Positions 20,415 through 29,308 of a stretch of DNA of 64,000 bases are shown one piece after another. This DNA is from Patescibacteria group bacterium (GTDB taxonomy: Bacteria; Patescibacteriota; Patescibacteriia; UBA1558; GWA2-36-10). How positions within the stretch are numbered: the first letter of the stretch is position 1; every line of letters starts with the position of its first letter. Both the position numbers and the translations under genes were made by a program. Where the stretch lies: the NCBI GenBank assembly GCA_041650755.1, contig JBAZKN010000004.1, positions 4,624 to 68,623 on the forward strand, given 5' to 3'. The notes below the pieces were generated by a model. It was given only the letters and a program-made list of their open reading frames with translations, was not told the origin of the DNA and made no database searches.

Positions 20415-20514
20415 GTATAGATTATAGCCTTTTTTACAAAATAAACAAATAGAGCCGACTCTTATGCCGACTCTAGTAGTCTGACCTGAATATTTTTTGC
20501 CAATAACCGGCCGC

Positions 20515-23500
20515 CTAAAAACTAAAGTTATTTTCAATAAATTCCCTAGTAGCCGGCCCAAAATACCCCGTACCATTTTTTAGTTTTTGCGGATCAAGAA
20601 TCTCTTTTTTATACTTGTTTTGAAATTTGATAAGGGCTGCTTTAGTGGCTCTACCAAAAAATTTAGTCTCCTGGCCCGGCGAACCCGGCCCGCTACCCGC
20701 TACTATAAATCCATTGGCATTCAAAAATTTTTGTAAATTCAAAACATCATCGCTAAAATCACCTAATTTCATGTCTACAGAAAATGAATACTCGCTATGA
20801 GCAGGTGGTGACACAATGTCTGCGCTACCAATCACTTTTCCCAGAGGATAACTATCCAAATTAACAGCATCTTTGATATCAGACCAAGAAAATCCTTTGG
20901 CCAAAAAAGTTTCTGCATCAACAATGTGCCTTCTATACCCATTTTCAATCAAATATACCGCAGGATCATCCGGTGTTTTGACTAGGCTGCCCTCGGTAAA
21001 TGATGTTGTTTGGGACATTGATGGATTCAATCTATCCAAAGCCAAAATAATTTGATTAACCTTTAATTGCTTATAATTTATCCGCAAATCAGTCTGTCTA
21101 TTACCATCAAGATCAAAGCTCTGAGTCTGATTAGGTGACAAATAAAATATCTCTGCTCCCAGTTGAGCCTTGATAAGCCCATTGTTAGTATCTAATTCTA
21201 AAATTTGCAAATTATATTTTGACTTTGAGTTCTCAAAAGAAAAAACCAAGGGAGAGTTTATATATGTAAAAATGTTCACTCCGGCATCTCCTATATAAGG
21301 AATTTCTCTACTTTGCCCCATGGGCACATAGTAGTCATTTTGTCCGCTACCGGTGCCGCCAAACGTATAACCGGAGACACCACCGCCTCCACAGACAGAT
21401 GTTGATTTGGTTATCGTGACAGCATCGGTTTCTGTGCCGTCGCCATTTCTGTATTTTATTGAATAAGTATAGCTGGTCCCGCAAGAAAGGCTCGTATCTT
21501 GCCAGCTATTGGTAGTAATCCAACCAGAATTTGCGCCACTGCGAGAGAAATAATAGCCGGATGAACCAGAGCTGGCATTATTAAAACTATCTACTGATAA
21601 ACTTACTGTCGATAGACCGGCTGTAGCTGAAAAGCTGGTTGGGGTAGGAGCTAAAGTGTATTTTGATAAGGTAGTCGAATAACTCGATTCATTGTCATTG
21701 CCATCCTTAGCTTTGACACGATAAGTATATTGAGTATTGGCTGACAGACTAGAATCAATGTAAGTAGCCGACGCCTGCCAGGTCGAAGAGTCAGTGGCTC
21801 CGGAGCCACTAGTTGTTTCATCAAACCAATATGGTGTCGCCGATAGACCCGGGTCAGCGTCTGTAGCTGTATTTGCCAAAACGGTCAATTGACTTGCAGA
21901 ATCTGCCGTAACAGATGTCAATCCAATATTGGTCGGCGCAGTCGTATTTTGCACCAAAGCAAATGTGTGAGTAGAATATCCGCCAGTATATGTAAAAGTC
22001 AGGTTGCCAGAAGAATCTGCTTTACATATACCACTCGTACAAGCAGCATTGGTGACGGCTGTCGTGGAAGCCACACCGTCTACTTGAAACTGATAATATT
22101 TATTGGCCGCTAAATCACCAATCGTATAAATAGTAGTAGTGGCTACAGTAGAAGTAGCTGTCCATTGCTTATTATACGTACCGCTAGTCAGCCACGAGTC
22201 AATATTGATATCCATCCATTGAGATTGATCACCAGTCGTAAAACTACTACCCCACGCTGGAGTTACTGCCAAATCAGCAGTTGTTCCTGAGGTCGTTTCG
22301 TGATCCCTGAATTTACCATTGGCATAAATTCTAGCACCAGCGCCAATATCAATTTCATCAGTACCTATGGTGTGATGGTCATAATATAGATATTCAGCAA
22401 AATCGCCAATCAATGTATAGCCAGCAGTATTAGGGTGAACATTGCCGTCAGTATCATAATAGCCATCGGGGGAGGCTGACTGCCAATTAGAATTGAGGGT
22501 CATTTGATCATAATAAGAGTCGCAAGTCCAGCCATGGCTAGTACACTCCGTTTCCATGGCCGCATTAATGGCGGTAACTGATTCATCATCATAGCCATTA
22601 ATATCATTGAGCGTACCTATACCTAACCAAATCGGCGTTGCTCCCCAATCTTCAATTTTTTGCATCATTTCCGAGAGATAATCCACATATTCATCAGTAG
22701 TGGCCGCTGATGGTGATACGGTAGCTAAATTATTAATACCGATGGACAAGAATACTGTGCTCGGACTAGTATTTATCATAACAGTATCAATAGAAGCAAA
22801 TATTTTTTGCATATAAGCGCCGGAGATAGCCGTATCAGCTTGAGTAGCAACGGTCAGGCCAGTTTGACTATTGAATTCTGTTCCTATGGTAGTACTCAAC
22901 ATTATCGAATCGCCAACAAAAGCTACTTTATCAAGTAAAGTTACGCCAGTGCTAGAACTAGGACATTTATAGGCACCAACATCATTACCCGTCCAAGCTG
23001 CTCCAGTTACATCACCACTGGCCGGCAAAGATGCCTGCAGGCCATGGCCGCAAACATATGAACCATTCTGGATAGTAAAATCGTTCGTGGAAGTAGCTGT
23101 AAATTGGGGATCTATAAAATGATTAGTAGCATCGACCTGTTCAAAATGATTATTGCCCGAGATAAATTGTTGATAACCAGAAGCGCGATACCAAACATTA
23201 TTAGTGACATTCCAATAGGCCGGTGTGGCAATAATTTCTGCCGCTATCGCATCTCCCATGGCAAAAGGGCGGTTGTCGGAAGTCGTATCGGCATAAAAAA
23301 TATTATTTTTAAAATTATACGTAGAGCCACTAGAAGCAGCTTGGCTCAGGACTTTTACACTACTAGTAAAAAATGTGCAGTTGGTCGCTGTAAAGTTGGT
23401 AGCGGCATTGAGGTAAAAAAGATAAGTTGTTTGATCATAAAATAAACTGCTTTCAATGGTGAGGTTTGCTGCACTGCTGGTAATAAAAATATAACTAGTT

Positions 23501-24318
23501 TGATTATAAAATTTACTGTTTTTTATTACAAAATTTACTCCAGTGACACTTATTGGACTAAAAATATAAGTTGTTTGATCGTAGAATGTACTGCTATCAA
23601 CTGTAACATTAGCCCCAGCTTTAGCCACATAAAATACAAAATTACCCAGTGTCGGACTACCAATAACTGTAGTTCTGGTAAGGGTCAGATTAGCATCTTC
23701 CGTATCAGCGCCAATCCAAAAAGCATGTGTGTTGACTGCACTAAGAGTAATGGTGCAATCTTCAAGGGTTAAATTGTGCCCGTAAGTCCAGAACATCCGA
23801 GTAGCGACATTATTGGAATTGGTAAAATTTATATGTTTAAAAGTGAATTCTCCCCATTGGGTTGAAAGTGGAATAAAAAAGGCCATGTTGGTAGCAGAGT
23901 TGCTTGGCACATCAAGTGTTACTGTGGCGCCATCAGCAGCCTGGATTATAACCGGGCCACTGCCGCTGGCAGTATTTATAACAGGACTAAGATAGGTATG
24001 AGCCCCATTAAATGAGCTATAAGTTCCAGCTTCGATAATTACTGTATCCCCTTTGGCCACTCGAGAGCCGGTCAAAGCATAATCCAGGGTCAGCCAGGCA
24101 TTGGCGCCTGTGCCGGTGCCGTGGCTAGCATCGTCAGTGCCAGTTGTTGAAACATACCAAGTAGCTGCATTAACTTTTTGGACACCAATAAACAAAAAAC
24201 CCACCAAAAAAATCAAGGGAAATATAAAAAAGTATATCTTATGTCGGCTATTGTTTCTGTTTCTGCGGCAAAACACTGCTAACCGGCAAGATACAAAATT
24301 GTCTATATTTATATCCAT
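20515..24318 (-). CDS. Large surface protein: beta-helix, SGNH/GDSL hydrolase, Fn3 domains, C-terminal peptidoglycan-binding domain
   Basis: TM/signal segment; WYVSTTGTD; FVGDSI...GIN...DGNVHPN; YTYRVKAKD; DVLNLQKFLN...FGPATR; start uncertain. Confidence 0.75.
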   Translation of the reverse strand: MDINIDNFVSCRLAVFCRRNRNNSRHKIYFFIFPLIFLVGFLFIGVQKVNAATWYVSTTGTDDASHGTGTGANAWLTLDYALTGSRVAKGDTVIIEAGTYSSFNGAHTYLSPVINTASGSGPVIIQAADGATVTLDVPSNSATNMAFFIPLSTQWGEFTFKHINFTNSNNVATRMFWTYGHNLTLEDCTITLSAVNTHAFWIGADTEDANLTLTRTTVIGSPTLGNFVFYVAKAGANVTVDSSTFYDQTTYIFSPISVTGVNFVIKNSKFYNQTSYIFITSSAANLTIESSLFYDQTTYLFYLNAATNFTATNCTFFTSSVKVLSQAASSGSTYNFKNNIFYADTTSDNRPFAMGDAIAAEIIATPAYWNVTNNVWYRASGYQQFISGNNHFEQVDATNHFIDPQFTATSTNDFTIQNGSYVCGHGLQASLPASGDVTGAAWTGNDVGAYKCPSSSTGVTLLDKVAFVGDSIMLSTTIGTEFNSQTGLTVATQADTAISGAYMQKIFASIDTVMINTSPSTVFLSIGINNLATVSPSAATTDEYVDYLSEMMQKIEDWGATPIWLGIGTLNDINGYDDESVTAINAAMETECTSHGWTCDSYYDQMTLNSNWQSASPDGYYDTDGNVHPNTAGYTLIGDFAEYLYYDHHTIGTDEIDIGAGARIYANGKFRDHETTSGTTADLAVTPAWGSSFTTGDQSQWMDINIDSWLTSGTYNKQWTATSTVATTTIYTIGDLAANKYYQFQVDGVASTTAVTNAACTSGICKADSSGNLTFTYTGGYSTHTFALVQNTTAPTNIGLTSVTADSASQLTVLANTATDADPGLSATPYWFDETTSGSGATDSSTWQASATYIDSSLSANTQYTYRVKAKDGNDNESSYSTTLSKYTLAPTPTSFSATAGLSTVSLSVDSFNNASSGSSGYYFSRSGANSGWITTNSWQDTSLSCGTSYTYSIKYRNGDGTETDAVTITKSTSVCGGGGVSGYTFGGTGSGQNDYYVPMGQSREIPYIGDAGVNIFTYINSPLVFSFENSKSKYNLQILELDTNNGLIKAQLGAEIFYLSPNQTQSFDLDGNRQTDLRINYKQLKVNQIILALDRLNPSMSQTTSFTEGSLVKTPDDPAVYLIENGYRRHIVDAETFLAKGFSWSDIKDAVNLDSYPLGKVIGSADIVSPPAHSEYSFSVDMKLGDFSDDVLNLQKFLNANGFIVAGSGPGSPGQETKFFGRATKAALIKFQNKYKKEILDPQKLKNGTGYFGPATREFIENNFSF

Positions 24319-24463
24319 ATTTATAATAAAAACCACTTATCAATAAAGCTGTTTTTACGGGTGATTAAGTAGATATATTATAACTATTATTATGCATTAA
24401 ATCAAGCACATTAATTTAAGAAACAAATATAAAAATAGTCTCGGTGACTGCTAAAAAAAGAAA

Positions 24464-25156
24464 TCATCTATATAAGTATTGTTTCCTTAATTTCAACGGC
24501 AGCCGTTCAATAGCATAGCGCAAGCAAGTGCGCGGCATGATTTTATGATGCTTGTCCAAAAAATCAAGCAGAATTTTTTCATCACAGCGCTTACCCACTT
24601 CTCTAAGCATCCAGCCAACAGCCTTGTGAATCAAATCATGCTTATCGTGAAGCAAAATTCTGGAAATTTTTATAGCCTCCCGACTATCCCCCCGATAAAT
24701 GAAAGCAAAAGTTGATAAAATGGCTATGCGCCGCTGCCACAAATTTTTACTTTTGGCTAATTTGTATAAAATGTCCTTTGGTTTATCAATCAAGTAAGAG
24801 CCAACGACACGCGGCGCAGTCAAGTCAACCAAATCCCAATTATTTATATACTTATAATTTTTTAAATACAGATTAAAAACCTGCTTTTGCTTTTTACTGT
24901 CCCCTTTTTGATATTGATCAACCAAAATTAAAAGGGCGCAGAGTCTCTCTTCATGAATTTTTGAGCGCAAAGAGCTGAGCACCCCCACCAAAGGCAAGGC
25001 AGCATATTTTTTGGCGACTTTTCTAATGTCCGGCACTACTACACCGATAAATTTATCACCCTCACCATACTCACCCCGGCCAGTCTTAAAAAAACCCTGC
25101 AAAATAACGGCTTTTTGCGGAGAAGAGTATTGTTTTAATTCTGCTGACAGCCCCGT
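24464..25156 (-). CDS. alkD: DNA alkylation repair protein (AlkD-like)
   Basis: FFKTGRGEYGEGD, NNWDLVD, KAVGWMLRE, LRYAIE. Confidence 0.85.
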   Translation of the reverse strand, partial: TGLSAELKQYSSPQKAVILQGFFKTGRGEYGEGDKFIGVVVPDIRKVAKKYAALPLVGVLSSLRSKIHEERLCALLILVDQYQKGDSKKQKQVFNLYLKNYKYINNWDLVDLTAPRVVGSYLIDKPKDILYKLAKSKNLWQRRIAILSTFAFIYRGDSREAIKISRILLHDKHDLIHKAVGWMLREVGKRCDEKILLDFLDKHHKIMPRTCLRYAIERLPLKLRKQYLYR

Positions 25157-25380
25157 CATTTTTTGCGTTGCAATCTTATTAACTCCCCAGCAGCTGTCAG
25201 TATAAACACAATTTGTAAAACTATAAAAATCCAGTCATTAATAAAAATACTATAAACTAACAAAGCTAAGCCGCCTAAAATAAAAAATATATCTTGCTTT
25301 TTTTCTGATTTTATCAGAACACCGACCGTAATCAAAATTAAACCCAAGACACCTACTATTTTAAACATGACACTATTCAT
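25156..25380 (-). CDS. Small multi-TM protein
   Basis: Hydrophobic ORF with FIVLQIVF motif; start uncertain. Confidence 0.65.
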   Translation of the reverse strand: MNSVMFKIVGVLGLILITVGVLIKSEKKQDIFFILGGLALLVYSIFINDWIFIVLQIVFILTAAGELIRLQRKK

Positions 25381-25546
25381 AACAAGGTGTGGTGGGCATG
25401 ACAGCACTAGGATTACCGTGCTTTACCCATTGGCCATCCTGGCACAGCCAAGTATCCTCTGGGCTAAAGAGCCTAGCAACAATAACCCCGGCAAAAAGCA
25501 AGACTAGAAGAATGATGATGATAATAAAAAATTTTGGTGGTTTCAT
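25373..25546 (-). CDS. 57-aa membrane-anchored CPR-type microprotein (not in ORF track)
   Basis: Hand translation MKPPKFFIIIIILLVLLFAGVIVARLFSPEDTWLCQDGQWVKHGNPSAVMPTTPCYE*. Confidence 0.7.
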   Translation of the reverse strand: MKPPKFFIIIIILLVLLFAGVIVARLFSPEDTWLCQDGQWVKHGNPSAVMPTTPCYE

Positions 25547-25603
25547 CCTATTAAAAATCTAATTAAAATTTGCCGCTTAAGATAAAACTTTCAATGCAAA
25601 TCT

Positions 25604-25765
25604 TTATTTTTCTGCCAAATTATACACCCAGAAAAATAGCAACGAAGCAAAAACTAGAATCAGGGCTGTTTTGGGATCAACCAAAGCCGCCACCAAAATC
25701 AAAAAAATATCCAAAACTACTAAATGATTATTTTTCTTGGCTTTTTTGATATTCAGCTGATCCAT
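25604..25765 (-). CDS. 53-aa small membrane protein (not in ORF track)
   Basis: Hand translation MDQLNIKKAKKNNHLVVLDIFLILVAALVDPKTALILVFASLLFFWVYNLAEK*. Confidence 0.55.
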   Translation of the reverse strand: MDQLNIKKAKKNNHLVVLDIFLILVAALVDPKTALILVFASLLFFWVYNLAEK

Positions 25766-25829
25766 AAGTTTACCTGTTCTATCAGTTTAGCATAATTTTA
25801 TCTACCAACCAACTAGATAACAAATAAAA

Positions 25830-26573
25830 CTAGTCCCTGATATTCAAAGTATACAAGACTGGGTAATGATTTGAAACTGGCGGCTCCTTTATAAGTAGCC
25901 CTTCGGCCAATGCTATGCGACCAGTTATAGACTTATTCAAAAAATAATCTGCCTTAATGTTTACTCGCCCCTTTTTGTTGAATCTGGTCTGACTGTATGG
26001 ACTGGCTTCCGACAAGGTCCACTCTTTGTTTTTCTCTATTTCAAAAAAGCCATTATTTAGCTTAGCCAGTTCATAATCAGCCATGTTGAAATCACCAGCC
26101 AAAAAATAATCTCCTGCCTGACAAAATTTTATCAAATCATTGAATTGATCAGTCACAATAGATAAATTTTCTGTATGCTGCGGATCATAAAGGTGGAGAT
26201 TTATAAAATTCAATTTATGATCTCCTAAATTTACCAGACAATTTAACCAACCCTTATTAGCTAATCTTTCTTGGATATTATAGCCACGATTCTTTTTGAA
26301 AAAAAATGAATAGCTGTCCATGGGTTTAACCTTGGTCAAAGTCACTAAGCCTGACTTATTATAAAACCAAGTGCCGGCCGAAAACACAAAGTATTCCGGC
26401 AAAGCCTTATGAATTTTATTTCTATCATGATTTAGCCACACTTCTTGCAGATGGACAACATCGGGCTGATGAGTCTTGATCAGCTGAATCAAATCTTGCA
26501 TCCGCTTATTTTTATCAATAGAAAAAGGCCAAGGTAATAGCCACAAATTAGCCGTCATTAATTTTATTTGCAT
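25830..26573 (-). CDS. Endonuclease/exonuclease/phosphatase family protein
   Basis: TAN, LQEV, NLHL, GDFN, DY and SNHYPV motifs. Confidence 0.85.
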   Translation of the reverse strand: MQIKLMTANLWLLPWPFSIDKNKRMQDLIQLIKTHQPDVVHLQEVWLNHDRNKIHKALPEYFVFSAGTWFYNKSGLVTLTKVKPMDSYSFFFKKNRGYNIQERLANKGWLNCLVNLGDHKLNFINLHLYDPQHTENLSIVTDQFNDLIKFCQAGDYFLAGDFNMADYELAKLNNGFFEIEKNKEWTLSEASPYSQTRFNKKGRVNIKADYFLNKSITGRIALAEGLLIKEPPVSNHYPVLYTLNIRD

Positions 26574-26663
26574 GGAGTCGGAAACAATATTTTAAATTTT
26601 TTAGATATTTGAAACTATACCAAATATCTATAAAAAAAACAACGCCTCAAAATAACTTTATTA

Positions 26664-26692
26664 TTGACTTATAAAACCCAATCTATTATATT
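26664..26692 (+). promoter_or_regulatory. Sigma70 promoter upstream of the tRNA-Ser locus
   Basis: TTGACT-N17-TATATT. Confidence 0.55.
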
Positions 26693-26711
26693 TATATAGC
26701 TTTTATAGCAA

Positions 26712-26747
26712 GGGAGGTTCGCATAGTGGTCGAGTGCGCACGCTTGG
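26712..26747 (+). pseudogene. 5' half of a tRNA-Ser gene broken within the anticodon
   Basis: GGGAGGTTCGCATAGTGGTCGAGTGCGCACGCTTGG aligns with the intact tRNA at 27041. Confidence 0.85.
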
Positions 26748-26781
26748 CCACCGCCTACGGCGGGGTCCCGCCAAAGGCGGG
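26748..26781. repeat. Twin REP-like hairpins
   Basis: CCGCC-TAC-GGCGG and CCCGCC-AAA-GGCGGG. Confidence 0.8.
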
Positions 26782-26800
26782 AAAAGCTTAGTCGTATATT

Positions 26801-27055
26801 ATGTATAAATTATATATAATTCGAAGTCTAAAAACAAAAAAATACTACATTGGTATTAGTGCAGATTTGGAGCAAAGGCTACGTCACCATAATAGTGGGG
26901 CAAATAAATCTACTAGAAATGCTAAACCCTGGACAATAGTGTATACAGAGGAATTTAATGATAAAAAATCGGCATGGTTAAGAGAAAGACAAATTAAAAA
27001 ATATAAAAGCGGTGAAGCATTTAAAAAATTAATCAATCGTGGAGAGGTCGCATAG
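26801..27055 (+). CDS. Small stand-alone GIY-YIG nuclease (UPF0213-like)
   Basis: LYII...YYIGIS..LEQRLRHHN...RERQIK; stop codon lies inside the tRNA. Confidence 0.9.
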   Translation: MYKLYIIRSLKTKKYYIGISADLEQRLRHHNSGANKSTRNAKPWTIVYTEEFNDKKSAWLRERQIKKYKSGEAFKKLINRGEVA

Positions 27056-27131
27056 TTGGTCTAGTGCGCTCGCTTGGAAAGCGGGTAGGGTGTCAAAGCC
27101 CTCGCAGGTTCGAATCCTGTCCTCTCCGCCA
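27041..27131 (+). tRNA. tRNA-Ser(GGA)
   Basis: Acceptor GGAGAGG/CCTCTCC, anticodon GGA at 27076-27078, long variable arm, GGTTCGAATCC, encoded CCA. Confidence 0.96.
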
Positions 27132-27175
27132 ATATATATTTGAAAATGCGACAGATAAATATAAAATAAAAAAAT

Positions 27176-28228
27176 ATGGCCATGGTTAAAAAAACCAAAA
27201 TTTACCTTATTAGTTCCATTATTTTAATTATTTTAGCCATTGCTGGTTATTTGTTTTTTAATAGGGGCTACTATTCTTATCCGACGGAATATAAAATTGA
27301 TCTAATCCATGTTTCTGACCAAGGGGAGACGGAAAAATACGGCAAAAAAATCGGTGGCAATTGTTATTTAGCTACGACTACTATGCTGTTAAAACATTTT
27401 GACCCAAGTATTGAGTTTTGGAAAGTGTTTATCTATCAAGGAAACGCAGTCAGTTTTTCATATTATTGGTCGGATGGCGCGAATGGCGGCACAATGGCCA
27501 ACTTGGCCGACGGCTCAACGGATATTCTGCTCACAGCCGCCAGTAATCTAGGGTACACGCCTCATGTCAGAATGAACAGATTTGCCAATGGTGGTATGGG
27601 GATATGGGAAGACAAAACCAAAGAGCTTGATGGCGATTTCCGCTATTACTATTTCCATCAGCCAATGAATGAATATAAGAGCCTTATCGCTTCAGATATA
27701 CCTTTGGGCACATCCGGCTCACCTTGCCATAATGATTATAATGTGATCGAGGGTTATAATGAAAAGGAGTTATCTGTGGTGATTCCCGATCCGCAAGATC
27801 GTGGATTACAAGACGCCAAGATCACCTGCCCCATAGATTCTGGCCTTACGCACACCGTTTTTTGGTTCACTCCGGACGGAGAAAAAATCAGTGACAAAGA
27901 ATTAGTACTTAAAATGAAAAACACCATCAATGAATCATTGGAGGTTATGGCCAGGTATATCAAAAATTTGAAAGAAGGAGCTGATGTTATAGAATTTCAG
28001 CAAAAAATATATTTAGGCCGTAAAGTAGCCTCCATGTATTTTAATGAACAGGGGTATTCTGAATTGGCCAAAGGATACGAAAAATCAGCCGAACTTTTAT
28101 TGCCTTTGGCAGAAATTTATCCGCCCGACATAAATAAGAAAGAAAACAGGGATTTGATTATCACCCAAATGGAAAAAATATTGGAAAATGAAAAAAATTT
28201 AGTTAAATACTGGGAAGTGATTAACTAG
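27176..28228 (+). CDS. Membrane-anchored protein, possible papain-like (C39-like) peptidase fold
   Basis: N-terminal TM; NCYLATTTMLL; YNVIEGY...IPDP. Confidence 0.5.
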   Translation: MAMVKKTKIYLISSIILIILAIAGYLFFNRGYYSYPTEYKIDLIHVSDQGETEKYGKKIGGNCYLATTTMLLKHFDPSIEFWKVFIYQGNAVSFSYYWSDGANGGTMANLADGSTDILLTAASNLGYTPHVRMNRFANGGMGIWEDKTKELDGDFRYYYFHQPMNEYKSLIASDIPLGTSGSPCHNDYNVIEGYNEKELSVVIPDPQDRGLQDAKITCPIDSGLTHTVFWFTPDGEKISDKELVLKMKNTINESLEVMARYIKNLKEGADVIEFQQKIYLGRKVASMYFNEQGYSELAKGYEKSAELLLPLAEIYPPDINKKENRDLIITQMEKILENEKNLVKYWEVIN

Positions 28229-28322
28229 TTTTTGGTGGCGCATTTTTCTTTAAAAAAATAAGCACTATAAAAAACTCCGCCGGGGAGTAAGAAGACGTTT
28301 ACAAAAAAATTAAAATCAGCCG

Positions 28323-28955
28323 ATGACTGAACACCTTATAAATATTTTTACCAATATCATTTCTACTGGTGGCTACTCAGGCCTGGCTTTTCTGATGACC
28401 CTAGAAAGTATGGTGGCTCCTGTGCCCAGTGAAGCCGTCATGCCGTTTGCCGGCTTTTTGTGGTATTCAGGAAAAATGTCCTTGTGGCCAATCATTGCTT
28501 TTAGCACCTTGGGCAGCATTATCGGCTCGCTGATATCATACTATATCGGCGACTATGGCGGCCGGCCCCTGGTCAAAAAATTTGGTCGCTATTTGCTGCT
28601 CAATGAGCATCACCTAGAGCTGACTGAAAATTTTTTTAATAAATACGGCGGCAAAACGATTTTTATCAGCCGCTTTATACCAATAATCAGGCACTTGATT
28701 TCTTTGCCGGCCGGGGTAGCTAAAATGAATATCTTTAAATTTAGCCTTTATACTATTGTCGGCGCCGGCTTATGGAATGCTTTTTTGGCTTACTTGGGAT
28801 ATTATTTGGGCAGCAACTGGTCTGTAATCCGCCAATATGGCGAGGTGATCGACAAAATACTGCTGGCTATCATCGTGGTAGTTATTATCTATTTTATTCA
28901 CTGGAAGCGCCGGCGCCGCACCATTACCCAATCAACTGATCAAACAAAAAACTGA
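28323..28955 (+). CDS. DedA family membrane protein
   Basis: ESMVAPVPSE, RFIPIIRHLISLPAG. Confidence 0.92.
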   Translation: MTEHLINIFTNIISTGGYSGLAFLMTLESMVAPVPSEAVMPFAGFLWYSGKMSLWPIIAFSTLGSIIGSLISYYIGDYGGRPLVKKFGRYLLLNEHHLELTENFFNKYGGKTIFISRFIPIIRHLISLPAGVAKMNIFKFSLYTIVGAGLWNAFLAYLGYYLGSNWSVIRQYGEVIDKILLAIIVVVIIYFIHWKRRRRTITQSTDQTKN

Positions 28956-28976
28956 CCAAGCAAGCGGTCAGTTTTT
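28946..28976. terminator. Bidirectional terminator between DedA gene and mscL
   Basis: AAAAACTGACC...GGTCAGTTTTT. Confidence 0.75.
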
Positions 28977-28981
28977 ATTTT

Positions 28982-29305
28982 TTATTGGGGATTCTCTTCT
29001 TTCTTCTTGTCTAGTCTATCAAACTTCAAAATCTTGACGCCAAAATAGACGACAAAAGCGATAATAACAAAATCAATCACAATATTTATAAAGGCGCCCA
29101 GCATTACCTTATTGGCGCCCACCTGCCAGGCCAGCTGATCTAAATTAGCCCCACCCAAAAGCGCCCCCACCAATGGGTTGATGATGTCTGTGACCAAACC
29201 TGACACAACTTTGGAAACAGCACCGCCCAGGATAAAGCCGACTGCTAAGCCAACCACGCCTTGCTCGCGAATAAAATTGACAAAACCATTAAAATGTTCA
29301 CGCAT
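28982..29305 (-). CDS. mscL: Large-conductance mechanosensitive channel
   Basis: FIREQGVVGLAVGFILG, LVTDIINP. Confidence 0.9.
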   Translation of the reverse strand: MREHFNGFVNFIREQGVVGLAVGFILGGAVSKVVSGLVTDIINPLVGALLGGANLDQLAWQVGANKVMLGAFINIVIDFVIIAFVVYFGVKILKFDRLDKKKEENPQ

Positions 29306-29308
29306 ATT

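Noticed and set aside
26712-27131. Group I intron or prophage attL/attR at tRNA-Ser
   Set aside because: No intron core, the downstream tRNA is complete on its own, the two copies are diverged, and no integrase is present
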